DNA of 64,000 nt from Psammoneis japonica (GCA_008632985.1 QPGO01000004.1:558001-622000), one strand, 5' to 3'. Shown: positions 36,661 through 49,484, numbered from the stretch's first letter. The notes: generated by a model from the sequence alone, not told the origin. Made by a program: numbers and translations.

Positions 36661-38482
36661 ATGGCAGAAGAAGCCAAAGCAGAGGCACCAGTCGCACCTC
36701 CTCCTGAAGGTGGAGACGATGGCAATAAAAATGGCAAACGATACAAAAGAGACGATACTCCGATTGAGGAGTTGTATGATTTGTCGAAACCGATCCCGAG
36801 GGTACGTCCGTAGAGCGGTGCTGCGTATAAATCCACGTGGAGTTTAGTACTGGTGGAAATGCATCGAGATCCGCTTCCATCCAACAATGACTCGTTTTGC
36901 CGCCATTTTGTAGTGACCACGTACTTACCGTGATGTTTGCTCAATTTTTTCTTACCGTGATGTTTGTTCATTCCCTTTATAACCAATACAGGCGGAACGC
37001 CCATCCAAGGAGGAGCATGAAAAGGAACTAGCTGAAATCTCGGCAGCTATGGACGCTTATAAGGAAGAGCGTCGCATCCTTCAGGATAAGATTGACGAGC
37101 AGATGGATCAGGGCAAAAACACGGAGCTTGGTCGGGAGCGCGAAGCCCTAATTCAGCTCCGAGCGCAAAAGGGGGCTTTGATTGAGGAGAAAAAGGCTAT
37201 TCGGGCCAAGCTAGATCAAACTAGAAGCCAGACCGAGAAGCTCCAGAAGGACCGTACTCAGGCCAAGTCGGGTGTGCGCTTTACCAACATTGCCGACATT
37301 GATAAGGAAATCGCCAAACTCCAACGTCGCCAGGAGACCACTTCCATGTCTCTTAACGAAGAGAAGCGGCTCATCAAGGAGATGGACGCCTTGCAAGCCT
37401 CAAAGGCGCTCGTGGCTGATCTCAAGACCAAGGAACTGTCCTTGGATCAAGCGAAGGAAATGCGCAAAGCTATTTCAGCTCAGATTAACGAAAAAGACAA
37501 GGAAATCGATGCGATTCAAGCCGAGATTGACGTTCGCTCTGCCAAAATGAAGGCTCTCTCGGAAAAGGAGACTGACAAACGTGGTGCGCTCCAGACTCTC
37601 TTTCAGGAGAGGGATAATGTGCGCAAGAAGATGACGGAAAAGATCAAGGAACGTGACACTCTCCGGCAAGAGTATCGCGAGAAGAACAATGCATGGTACA
37701 ACTACCGACGAGCCATACAGGCGCAGAGGAAGATGCAGATCGAGGAGGAAAAGAAGAAACGAGAGGCTGAACACGCTGAATGGCTCAAAAAGAAGGAAGA
37801 GGAGGAAGCCAAGAAGATTCCTTACGAAGAAGAAATGGCTCTGTGCGACTACCTTGCGAATTACCTTACCGTCACGTACCTTACCGACTCGGAAGAGGTG
37901 AAGCGACAGCAGCAAGAAGAAATGGAAAAGAAGAAAGCTGCCGATGTGGTTGCCGTCAAAGAAGACCCCTTTGCTGGTTTCAAACCCGTCAAGAAGGATG
38001 ACGACGAGGTCTACTTCGAGACTGGTAAGGGCAAGAAGAAAAAGAAAGGCAAGAAGAAGAAAGCCGCTGCCGAGGCGGGCCCGTTCAAACTCAATGTGGA
38101 TAGCTTTGAGCAGTTTGGTCTTTTGCAGCTCACGCCGCCCACCAGCCTTGACATGGTGCAGCAGTCGGTTGACGAACTGAACGCAAAGAAGAAATGGTAC
38201 TCGGAACAGCCGCGTGGCAGTGTCCCGACAGCTTTGGAAATCCGCAAGGCCAATGAAAAGGCAGCGGCCAAGCTCAAGGGAAGCCAGAATGGCGGGGCTC
38301 CATCGCCTCAGGCGCGCTCTAAGAAAGAGGGCGGCGGCTTTGACTTGTCGAATGACGATTTTGCTCCCCTCGGTAGCGTTGGGTCTACTTCTTCTTCCCT
38401 CAATGCGACGTGGGGACAAAAGACGCCAGCTGAAGCCGAAGCTGAAGTTGCTGTTGATCCCGAGCTTGGTGCTGAAGAGTAA
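36661..38482 (+). CDS. Coiled-coil BFR1-like protein; intron 36802-36991
   Basis: LYDLSKPIPR|AERP, long coiled coil, SMSLNEEKRLIKEMDAL, PYEEEMALCDYL..YL, F..L.LTPP motifs typical of BFR1-like proteins. Confidence 0.7.
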
Positions 38483-38704
38483 ATGACGCTCATTAAGTGC
38501 CTGCTATCAGAGCGGCGCACCTACTCTAGCAACGTCTGGTGCAGGTTGCATGTGCACTCAAGTATACATAATCGTCCGTCCACGCGCCTTTTCTAGGAAG
38601 ATGCAGAAATTAATAGCCTAGTAACGTTACAAAATTACAGAAAGCTATCTAGTTGCTGACTCTATATATCATTTACTGCATAAGGTGCGAAGTCAGGATC
38701 AAGC

Positions 38705-40096
38705 TCAGTATTCGTCGTCGTAAGAGTCGTAGTCCTCATCTTCTTCAAGAGTGCCATCATCCGTCTCTGTCTCGGATAGAACTAGGCCTTGCAAAGCATC
38801 AGAATCGCCGTCATAAACATTTACGTCCAAGTCATCTTCTTCTAGCTCTTCCTCTCGTTCGTTGATTGGGTCTTCGGATCCAGGACCTACCGTCAATGGT
38901 ATGTTCTGTTCTAGGATAGTGCATTCTACATCTACAACGTACCCGCGTACCTTTTTCTCCAGTTTGCCAAAAGCATTGGCAAGAATTTTCCACAAATACT
39001 AGAGCCACAGGATATGCAAAATCATAGTCAGTGAACAGCTTCAAAGCATCTCCCGGTATCAACTACAAAAACACTTACCTGAATAAACAGGAGTTTCAGC
39101 GGCAAGGCGGAATGCGCAAGCCAAGACCATTTCGACCATCTCGCCCATAACTGTGCGCTCACCAATATTCGACTCACAAAGAATTCAATCAACGGCATGA
39201 ATAGAACGACGGTACTAATCACACTTGCTAGCAAAAGTGATTTGAGCACAATGCCTCCAGCAGAGTCAAGCAAGACTGTCGTAACGAACCCTTGAAAGCC
39301 TACATGCTGCATGACGGAGAACTCGGATTCCTCTCCAAACCATGATTTGAGGATGGCGTACTTGTTATGCCACATGGTTTCAACCTTTGATGGGTCGTCT
39401 CGTCGTAGCCGATTCAGCGCCGAGACCGAGATCCAGTCTGTTGAATTTATTGGTGCAATCACTTTTGTATTTGGCTCAGCATCAAAAGAATAGAGACATG
39501 ACTGAAAAAAAGAAGAAAGATCAGAGAGGGAATGGGATTTTAGCTCTAGCTATGTAGTAGCTGGACTTTCGACGACGCGTGGAAGGACCAAAACAAGCCC
39601 ATAACCCATTACTCATGGTAACACCATGATGTACAAGCTCCAAGTTGAACGCACCTTTGGTTCATCAATAGTACTCATTGCGCAATCCCAATCGACGGAT
39701 GCAGGCGGTTTGTCTCCCTCTGGAGTTGAAACATCCACGACCGTCGTAATGGGAAAGCCGCGTTTTGCAAGAGCTTCACTCAGGGCGAGACCACGCAACT
39801 GCATGAGTTGTTGTTGATCCATTCGCCATTTCCTTACTGCCAATCTCTTCTTTTCTTCTTCTGGATCTATTGTTTTCTCTTCGTCATCGTCGCCATCTTC
39901 AAACACTGCCGCCGACCCACCCCGCAATGTGATGAGTGACGCGCGTGGCAACTTTGATGGTCTTCCAAAGGTCCGCAGTGAAAAGGAATGATGAGAACCC
40001 GATAGAACAACGTCGGCCGACACTAGAAGCACCACAAAGGAAAACATTGTCACAGTAAGAGGAGGCCGCGAGAAACACATCGTCAACTCTTTCATG
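38705..40096 (-). CDS. Conserved hypothetical membrane protein, multi-exon, signal peptide with LRGG motif
   Basis: ORFs 39613-40164, 39028-39462 and 38705-38995 separated by GT-AG introns; hydrophobic segments; acidic tail. Confidence 0.6.
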
Positions 40097-40375
40097 GTGC
40101 CGAGAAATGTGCGGGATTTGATGTTGTGACGACTGACTGAACGCGCGCGAGGTGCATGGCGCATTCAACTTCTCAACTTGGAACTCAAATAAAAATAAAC
40201 AGCTTCTTCTACTAGCTAGAGTAGAGATACTTTCCATAAGCGATACTGCACGTAAGGCGAGCCATTGGGATCCGAAATCCGTAAACTCTAGAGCAATATC
40301 CTAGTTTACGATGCATGTGTTTCGTAGACGCAACCCGTATCCGCTCTCTGCCACCTATGACGGCAGAGCAGACTC

Positions 40376-41688
40376 CTACCTTTTCATTAGTTCAAACGCC
40401 AACAAAGCCGTGACTGCAGCGGCAGTGTACCATTGAAGGATGGCGCCATACTTTGGTGGCTTTTCCTTCTTGTCTTCCAACGCCTTGAGAGGATTGTGAA
40501 AGTTTTCAAAGAGACGAACAAGGTTCCTCTCCAACATGGCCACGGTTACTTTTCCAACCATGGGAACATAGACGACACCCGGAATCTTGAGCAAGCTTTC
40601 CTCGTCAACATTCTTGAAGGATGCCACGTTGACGACTGTCGTGTTGGGCTGAATCCATTCAGACGGAAGACGATAAGCCTTGGTCGGCACACCCGTCACC
40701 ACAACCGACGACTGTAAACGGCACAGAAAGTGAGAAAGACGAGATCACAACAACAAGAGAATCAGCAGAAGAATGGTTTCGACGAATTCAAGCCAAGATT
40801 GCAAGAGCAATATGCAATTTATAGCTTCGTACCTTGCGAACACAGCTTTCCGGTGTTTCATCCGGGCATTTCTGAAGGCGCCCTCCACGAAACAGATAAA
40901 TCGAATTAATGTCAACCGAGTACACATCGGCTCCGTCATTGTGCAGCATAGCCGCCAGCGGTCTTCCCACAACCTCGCTGCGATTAATCACAGTGACGGT
41001 TCGTCCCTCCATTTGCCTTCTCAGCGGTTTTGACTTGTCGTAACAACCAGGACACTGTTCCAGAATCTTCACCACTGACAAGGCTGTACAAGGCAAGACA
41101 CATTTTTGCGTATTGGCTGGATAATCCAGAAACCGAACATTACGATACAGATTGGTTCGGTAGGTATGACAAAGTCCCTCGACGTCGCACTTGTACGAGA
41201 TCGTGTCGCGCAAGTAATCATCCTGACTAGCTCCAGAAAAGCTTTCTTCCTGACCAAAAATAGGGTAGTATACAATAATACCATGGACACGAGGATCATC
41301 ATTTGCATCATTGAGTGCTCGTTCCACATCAATCGGGTCGTCTATCGTGCGAAGCTCGTACCGTAATCCATCGGCTCTGCACGCCTTTCCGGTCCACTCT
41401 GCATATTTCTTGGCTGCGGGATCATTGTTGGCCAAAAGTCCCACCAACAAGGGCGCATCTATCATAATGGAGAATCGCAAAAGCAAGGAAAAAGAGGAAT
41501 TATTAGACAGTCTTTGCGTAAGAACGAAATCACAATGGGTCGAAATTCTTACCGATGCCCATCTTTTTCAGCTCTTGGACCTTGGTCTTGATCTCATCAC
41601 GAAACGGCTTGGAAACAACTCCTGCATCCACTTTCACTCCCACCGTTTTGGAAGCTACAATGAGTGGTGTATCTTTGGTGTCCGTCAT
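40376..41688 (-). CDS. MTD1: Methylenetetrahydrofolate dehydrogenase, MTD1-like FolD family; two introns
   Basis: PLLVGLLANNDPAAKKYAEWT, HGIIVYYP, DDYLRD..CDVEGL, LPCT, VINRSEVVGRPLAAML.NDGA.VYSVD, VPMVGKVTVAMLERN. Confidence 0.9.
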
Positions 41689-42062
41689 GATGCTTGTAGG
41701 CAATGTTGTAAGTACCGTAACAGCAATGGAGTTCTGGTTTTTTGATGGATTTTTTGTGTTTAGCAGGATGGATCTTTTTTCCCGCTTTTTGGATGGATAT
41801 TGGATATCCGTCATTCTTGCTGATTAGATTCCACATTCCTTTCAAAGCATGACGTAAAAGTGATGCCATTATGACGTACAGTAGACAATTGTTTTTCGAA
41901 ATCGCCGACATCATACATGCCATGCGACACACGAAGCACAATGCCAAAACAGCCGTCAGTCTCGGCATCGCACCCTGTGGCATTATCCTCACCAAGACTG
42001 TTCATGCAAGGTACAAGCACCTTGTCACTCATCACCATTTCAACTCTGTGGATCTCCGTTGC
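41619..42062. repeat. ~0.45-kb duplication copy A (MTD1 5' end, divergent promoter, 5' end of dehydrogenase); direct repeat of 45455-45932
   Basis: CTCCTGCATCCACTTTCACTC ... CAACTCTGTGGATCTCCGTT shared between the two copies. Confidence 0.92.
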
Positions 42063-42390
42063 CCGCGCATCCAGCCGTTTTGATCAGCGATTGTCTTTTG
42101 ATCAGCGATTGTCTGCTTGTCGCAGCAGATTCAAGGCACGCGACAACACAAGGCAGTTGATTTCAAACACAGGATCTTTTCTTCTCTCGACTTCAAATGC
42201 AGGATCTTTCTTCTTCTCTTTCTTGCTGTCGCTCTGGCTCTTGCTCTTGATCTCGTCATCGCTTTCCTCATCACATTTTGATGTGTTGGAAGAAATGGAA
42301 CAATCATCATCATCATCATCGCTGACATCACACACCATTGCTTCATTCATGGTGGCAGCTTTGGCAGTTGTTGTGGGGGTGACAGTGGTG

Positions 42391-42690
42391 GCAGCACCTG
42401 ACTTGGTCTCAGGAGCAGCACCCGACTTGGTCTTGAGGGTGGCACCCAACTTGGTCTCGAGAGTGGCGCCCAACTTGGTCTCAAGAGCAGCACCCAACTT
42501 GGTCTTGAGAGCAGCACCTGACTCAGTCTTGAGAGCATTGTCCAACTTGGTCTTGAGAGTGGCACCTGACTTGGTCTTGAGAGCAGCACCCGACTCAGTC
42601 TCGAGAGCAGCACCCGGCTCGGTCTTGAGAGTGGCACCCGACTTGGTCTTGAGAGCAGCACCCGACTCCGTCTCGAGAGTGGCATCTGAC
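42391..42690. repeat. 24-bp tandem repeat (~12 units) encoding (K/E)T(K/E)SGA(A/T)L on the minus strand
   Basis: Units like GCACCCGACTTGGTCTTGAGAGCA; ORF 42102-42791; looser copies continue to ~42950. Confidence 0.9.
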
Positions 42691-44558
42691 ATGTCAGTCT
42701 TGGTGGCAATGGCTGCAGCCATGCTTGTCTTGGTGGCAGCAGCTGCAGCCAACTTGGTCTTGAGCATGCCAGTGGCACCTCCTGACTTCACTCAGAGAGG
42801 ACCGGCGGGGCAGTCGACTTGGTCTTGAGTGCACCAGCAGGAGCCGACTTGCTCTTGAGTGCACTGGCAGCCATTGACTTGGTCCCAAGCTTGCCAGCAG
42901 CTTTCAACTTGGTCTTGAGCGCACCAGCAGTGCCCGACTTGGTCTTGAGATCAGTTGATGCAAAAAAGGTGTTGAGTGTTTTTTTTTTGTGGAAAGCAAC
43001 TCCCCTTTGGTGGGCGGGAAACCGAGGAGTGTGCATTGGTGCTTCCTGTCTTTTCAGTCTCATCCTCTGGATCCGAGACCCAATCTGTTCTTTTGCACCT
43101 GCCACTTGGTGATTTTGAAATGTCGCTTTCCAAATCCATGCTGTTGACGCTCTTGGAACTCGTGTCCTCTAGAGAAAGCTGCTTTGCAAGCTTGAGATCA
43201 CCGTGGAACCTGGCCTCAGTCTCCGCTCTGCTCCATGAGTGTGGATTGGTTGATGTGGCATTGTCCAAAACCATGCCATTGGTTGTCTTGCACTTCTTTG
43301 ATGAGACATTTGCACCAGGTGTGGTCGATGTGTTGCGTGGCAATGACTTTGTGCTCGACTGGTGAAATGACAGCAAAGACAGTGTCACGGTGGTTTAGAG
43401 AGGAAAAATGTTAAAATGGGTCTGCGATCAATTAGAAAATTGCACTTGCTTTTGTCACAATGTTTCTCTTTCAAGTCACATTCTTTGGTGTTTTCCATGG
43501 CCCATGTGAGAATGAATCATCATGACTGTTGTCGCTTGAAACTGAAACGTCACCACAATTTTGGCTGGAAAACAAATCTTCATCGCTCAACAAAGACTGG
43601 AGATGCGAAATGTTTTGACATCTGGTGGGCCGCGACAGCCTGCTTGAAACCTGGTGTGACAAAACAATGACAAAAGAGTGAGGATGGAATTGAAAAGGAT
43701 GCAAAAATTGACAAGGAGACAAGTTGACAATCTAGCGCAATTGACAACTCCACTTGCCATGATCAAAGAGAGCTTCTCTGTGGATCCACGTGCAGCAGTG
43801 GCAGGGGCTTCCACGCAGTGGTGGAACGTTTTGCAGACAATGGACTGATTCACAAAATGCTCAATGGAGACAATGATGCAAGACATGTCATGAGTCCATC
43901 ATGACAGCACAATGCAGTGCAGCGCACATGCAGTCACACTTGCAGTGTCAGCAACTGGTGCGCAGCTTGTTGCATGGGTTGATGTGTCCGTGGAATTGCG
44001 GTGCTTTGGTGAGGTGGCAACATCTCACTTGTAGAATGTGGGAAAGCAACCCAGGTCATGACGAGCCACTGCAAGGCATGAGAGTGAAACGATGACAACA
44101 CTGACATGGATGTCGAATGCCAAGATCACCTGGAGTGGTTCAAGAGGCACATTAAGAGAGATGACAGCGGCGGTGTTGTGCAGTGTGTCTTGTTGTGTTG
44201 GTCAAATGGATGCTGCAGATGATCTTGCAGAAAAATGTGCTGTGATTGGGTCCACATTGATTTGTGTGGAAACAACACAATCTTTGGCTGTGGTGGGATT
44301 TTTGAATCGTGAAGATGCGCTGACATTCATGTGTGAATGCTCTGCAAAAATCACGCGTTCCACCGTGAGATCATGATGACAGAAAGACCAGCACTGCTCA
44401 AAAATGCACCCCAAGCATGGTGCTGTTCAAGACCAAGACGAACCATGTTGGAGAGCCAGCAACAGGAGTGCTGGCAATGACAATTCTGCATGTCCATCCC
44501 ACTGCTCACCAACTGCTGCATTTGACACCAATTTCATCACACAAATCTTTGGATGCAA

Positions 44559-45450
44559 TCAAGATCTTTTTGCTCTCTTGTCATTCTTTCCACTTGATCT
44601 GTCAGCCTTGCAAGCTTCCATGTGGCGCTTGCACTTGGAGCACATCCTGTTGACCTTTGCTCCAACAGCTTCTGTGCGGCGCTTGTGCTTTGAGCCCATC
44701 CTGTCAACCTTTGCTCTGCGAGCCTTTTTCCCCATGCCAATGCAGTCTCCTTCATGGAACCGCAATGGACGACTCCCTCTTTAACTGCAAAGCCACTCAT
44801 GGTGTGGTGTTGCACATGACCAGCTGCAAATTGCATGGTCATTTGATCATTGATCCCAACAGCCTTGCCCAGTTCCAGGAGTGGAAAGTGCAGTTGCACA
44901 TGCTCAGCATTGGTCAGGACATCACCCACAAACTCATGCACGCAGGTGGTGGGGACACACAAGTTTCCAAATTTGTCCAACCACGCCAGCAGATGACTTT
45001 TCTCTTGATTGGTCAGGATGTGGTCATTGCATCTTTGACAATCATGTCTCTTGTCATTTCCTTCACACCATCAGTTGAATCATCGCTGTGAATCAAACTG
45101 CAGAAAGTGATGCCTTTAGGAGCTCCCAAGGTCAACACACCCCTGAGACAGAGTTCAGTTGTTTCTGTGCCCATGACCACAGCCAAAGCATTTGTGAAGA
45201 GTTTGTTGCATGCTGCTGCTCTGCCTGTTGCCAGATTTGTCAAATCTGCTTGGAGATCTGCCGCTGCTGGAACCAAAGCATCTTGACAATGCTTGCGACA
45301 ATGTTGGGACTTTGCCTTCTTGTCACCAGGATCAGCGAGGAGGTTGCAACTCAGCTGACAAGTGCAGCCGCCAATCTTCATTGAATGCATGCCCATCTGC
45401 CCATCAAATGTTGCAGCTCAGCAGCGCAAGGTCCCACCCAGAGCTGGAGC
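44559..45450 (-). pseudogene. Decayed TET/JBP-like 2OG-Fe(II) dioxygenase
   Basis: FCSLIHSDDSTD (HxD at 45082-45090), frameshift ~45035, LLAWLDKFGNLCVPTTCVHEF..LHFPLLELGKAV.I.D..MQFAAGHVQHHT (distal His ~44804-44809)..AWG. Motif-level recognition only. Confidence 0.45.
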
Positions 45451-45454
45451 GTGT

Positions 45455-45932
45455 CTCCTGCATCCACTTTCACTCTCTCCGTTTTGGAAGAGAGCTGCAA
45501 TGAGGAGCGGCGCATCTTTGGCGTCCGTCATGATGCTTGAACAAAGCGCAGTTCTTGGCAACAACAGCAAAATGGGAAAACAAAAACGAGAGTCTGGCGG
45601 AGAGTTCTGATTTTTTTTTTGATGGATCAGATCCAGCTCTAGCTAGAGAGCAGAGCAGGATGGATCTTTTCCCCCGCGCTTTTTGGATGGATGTCCGTCA
45701 TTCTTGTTGATCAGATTCCACATTCCTTTCAAAGCATGACGTAAAAGTGATGCCATGGTGACGCAGACAATTTTTTTTCGAAATCCGACATCATGCCATG
45801 CGACGCACTTGAGCACAATGACAAGACAGCCGTCAGTCTCGGCATCGCACCCTCTTGTCCCCATCAAGACTGTTCATGCAAGGTTTCAGTACCTTGTTAC
45901 TCATCACCATTTCAACTCTGTGGATCTCCGTT
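45455..45932. repeat. ~0.48-kb duplication copy B; direct repeat of 41619-42062
   Basis: See copy A. Confidence 0.92.
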
Positions 45933-47366
45933 TGCCGTGCGTTTGTTCCGAGGAGACTGTCAACTTCAACTCGTTTCCTTCGATCAACGCCAACCCCGCT
46001 GCTTCTGGGTAAGAGGAGTTTGACAATGCTTGGAGAAACTTCACCTCCCAAATATTGGAATCGCGAAACATCGTCTCCAAAAGAATTCGATGATTCTTCG
46101 CCTATTGTCAAGGAGGCGAAAATTCTGAGTCTGAGCGACCCGCTTGACGATGCCTGTTCACCGCTTCATACGGGAAAACTACCCGAGGGTGCAAAACTTC
46201 TTTCGATTGGATGCACGTTGGAAGACTTTGATGTTGAAGCTCTCAAAAAGGAGGAACCAAACGTCCTTTTCGTTTGTCATCCCAAGGTATGTTAGCAATG
46301 TTGTGTGGGTATTGTGTATTCTCTTCTCACCTCGACGGTTTGGTTTCACGTTTTCATACATAGGCAAAAGAACCGCTTGTGCAGATCCTAGAAGCCTTGC
46401 CCAGCATTGAATGGGTTCATTCACGTGCCGCTGGGATTGATTTTATTGCTTCTGAAGGCCTAGCCAAGAGTAGTGTACTACTTACAAATGCAAAGGGGAT
46501 GTTTTCGAGTACCCTGGCAGAGTACACAATGATGGCTTGTTCGTTTTTTGCAAAGGTAAAAAAGTTCTGCGCGCGCACTGTACATTCGTGGTAAGGATTG
46601 CAAGGATCGGACTAAATCATCTGTTTCGCCGATCTCGATCTTTTGCAGGATTTACCTCGACTCATGCGACAAAAGAAGGACAAGAACTGGGAAAAGTACA
46701 GTGTCTGGAACTGAGAGGTGCAACTTTAGGTATCATTGGGTATGGCGATATTGGGAGGGCGTGTGCCAAACTGGCAAAAGCTTACGGGATGAATGTAATT
46801 GCCTTGCGTCGAAATCCTGAGCTGAGCAAGGATGATCCTTTTTGTGATGTAGCCTATGGCAATGACTCATTACACCGTCTCATGGGCGAGAGTGATTACG
46901 TTTTGGTAGCTGCACCGCTCACGAATGACACGCTAAATCTGGTGGACAAGGAAGCGTTCTCACACGCCAAGCCGGACTCGGTGCTCATCAACTTGGGTCG
47001 CGGTCCCATTGTGAATGAAGAGGCACTCATTGATAGCTTGAAAAACGGGAAAATAAAGGGGGCGGCGCTTGATGTGTTCACAGAGGAACCGCTTCCGACC
47101 AACAATGAGCTTTGGGCGCTCGACAATGTCCTTTTATCGCCGTGAGTAGAATGATTCGTTGCGTAACATCGCCTCCAGACAGATTTTTCCTTATTTTTTT
47201 CTCTTTCATTATCGCTCTCTTTTTGTTTTGCTGTTGCAGACACAACATGGACATGACTGCTACGTTTATGCACGAGTCCACTGAATTCTTTGTAAATGAA
47301 AATCTACCTCGATACCTTCGCGGAGCAGAGCTATTGAATCCTGTAGACAAGGCCGCAGGCTACTAA
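45876..47366 (+). CDS. D-isomer-specific 2-hydroxyacid dehydrogenase, probably plastid-targeted; three introns, apparent frameshift ~46703
   Basis: WVHSRAAGID, LTNAKG.FS..LAEY, TLGIIGYGDIG, INLGRG, GAALDVF..EPLP, LLSP|HN. Signal peptide followed by CRAF. Confidence 0.88.
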
Positions 47367-47459
47367 CGAGAATAACTGCTCATACGGTGAGGAATAATAA
47401 GTAAGACAGCCAAGACACATAACATCCAATCTTTGCTATTCTTACACCGAAAACACACA

Positions 47460-49484
47460 CTATCCCTGCTGCTGCAAGTATTTTTCATACTTTTTCTTTT
47501 GACCCTGAAACTCCTTGCCCGCCCTTTTCAATTGACTCTTATTGAGCGGTTCCCCACTCTTCAAATGCGTTGGTAAACCAGTTTCCTCATCAAACTTTCC
47601 GTACTTGATGGTTCCATCTTCCAATGTCAACTGCTTCATGAATTCCTCAGGAGACAAACGATTGAGCGCATCCTTTTTCGCCTTTTCCTCCGCAATTCGC
47701 TTGTTCTCCATCTCTTTGCGCTTTGCCTCCATTTCCTTTTGTTCCTTTTCCCTCATCAATTCCTCAGGATCCGCCAATTTCCAAACCGACTTTTCCGCCT
47801 TGTCCTCCAGCCGAATCCCCAGAGGTGGCAAGGTGTCGTCTCGAAAGGAATCGCACTCTTGCAAGACACCACCCACGTCCTTGGCACGGGCCTTGTCACG
47901 AACCGCCGATCGAAACGACATTAAGGCATCCAAGACGGGTGTCAGCGTTTCTTCCCGACTGCCACTCTCATCGGCACTGCTAAAACCAAGACTCTTGTCG
48001 GAAATCAAACCAAACACGGAAAACATGTCTGTCACGTAGGACGCCACGTTGCGAACCACCAAACTGACCTTGATTTCACTCTCCTGCAAGTAGGTGTTTG
48101 TGGCCTTGACCAAGTCGGAAAGGGCCGTCATGGCGGCGGGCGTATCAAAGTCATCCTTGAGAGCATCGTCCACGGCGTGTTTGGCTTGAAGCAAGGTGTT
48201 TTGCAATTTCTCCGTTGCCTCATTCCACTTTTGCTTGTCACCAATACCGTGTTCTCTCAAAAACGCCTTGGCATTGTGAAAGAATTCCACAAACTGTTTT
48301 TCCATCACAAGCGCATGACTCATGGTATTGTCACCATAATCCATGGGCGCGTTGTACTTGTGCAGCAAAAAGCACAAGCGCACCTGCCGGGCCGTGTTGT
48401 TGACGAGCGCTTCTTGAATCGTGATGAAGTTCTTGAGCGACTTGGACATTTTGAATCCCTTTATATGCAAATGTCCCGCATGGACAAAGTAATTGACCCA
48501 CTGACTGCATCCCGAATGAGCTTCGGCTTGCGCCATTTCATTGTCGTGATGGGGAAACTTGAGGTCGACTCCGCCTGAATGAATGTCCATGCGGCAATTG
48601 CCTTGATTGATTCTCTGCAACACGTCCGATGCCATGACACTGCACTCGATATGCCATCCCGGTCGTCCTGGACCCCACGGTGAATCCCACGAGGGTTCCT
48701 TTTCTTTGGACTTTTTCCATAGCGCAAAGTCTCGGGGTGAGCGCTTGTCTGAAACAAAATCTTGAGTTAGCTTTCCTTCTCCTTCTGCCAAGAGCGCCGC
48801 GTTGTGAATCTGTTCCGGCGATAACTTGCAGTAATTCATATTTGGCGTTGTTTCAAACGCCTTGACATCAAAGTAAACGGATCCGTTGCTTTCGTACGCC
48901 AGTCCCTTTTGAATAATCTTGTCAATATACACGACAACCTCATCCATGTACTCGGTGACTCGCGTCAAGATATTGGGAGGCGCCACTCCGAGAGCTTGCA
49001 TGTCGTGATGGAATTCCATTTCAAACTTGCGCGATAGTTCCAAATGAGGGATGCCCTGTTCGTTGGAACGCTCGATAATCTTGTCGTCAATGTCGGTAAT
49101 GTTCATCACGAGAGAAACGTCATAGTGAAAGTGGTTTTCCAGAATCCGACGGATAATGTCAAAACCGAGATAGGTACGAGCGTGACCCATGTGGGATGGA
49201 GCATAGACAGTAGGACCGCACCTGATGTTAACGAAAAAACGAAAAAGTGAGACACACAGTAACTTTCGAGACGGGTCATTCCCAGGCATTGAAATTCACG
49301 CAAGAGTCTGAAAAAGCACGTACATGTACCAACGAACGTGTTTGCTACCGTCCATCGTTACAAATTTCTCCTTTTTTCGTGTCAAACTATTCATAATTTT
49401 CAATCCTACATCATGACTAACGGTAGGTGGAGATGGTTCTTGCCATGGCGGCAAGAGCGAATCGTCAGTGCCGTTTTCCGTCAT
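47460..49484 (-). CDS. CARS: Cytosolic cysteinyl-tRNA synthetase; intron ~49222-49327
   Basis: WYM|CGPTVY..SHMGHAR, NITDIDDKII, DFALWK, GRPGWHIECS, DLKFPHHDNE, KMSKS. Confidence 0.96.

Larger units (their letters stand above)
42063..45454. mobile_element. TpA/CpG-depleted inserted island of probable mobile origin
   Basis: Only about nine TA in 3.4 kb; decayed ORFs; sits between duplicated host segments; 18-bp tandem duplication at the left junction (42078-42113). Confidence 0.7.

Noticed and set aside
42391..42950. Regular 24-bp repeats as a CRISPR array
   Set aside because: Contiguous tandem units with no unique spacers, no cas genes, eukaryotic context.
43400..44550. Possible + strand pseudogene in island 3
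   Set aside because: Several frames look open simply because stops are rare in TA-poor DNA; no recognisable motif.
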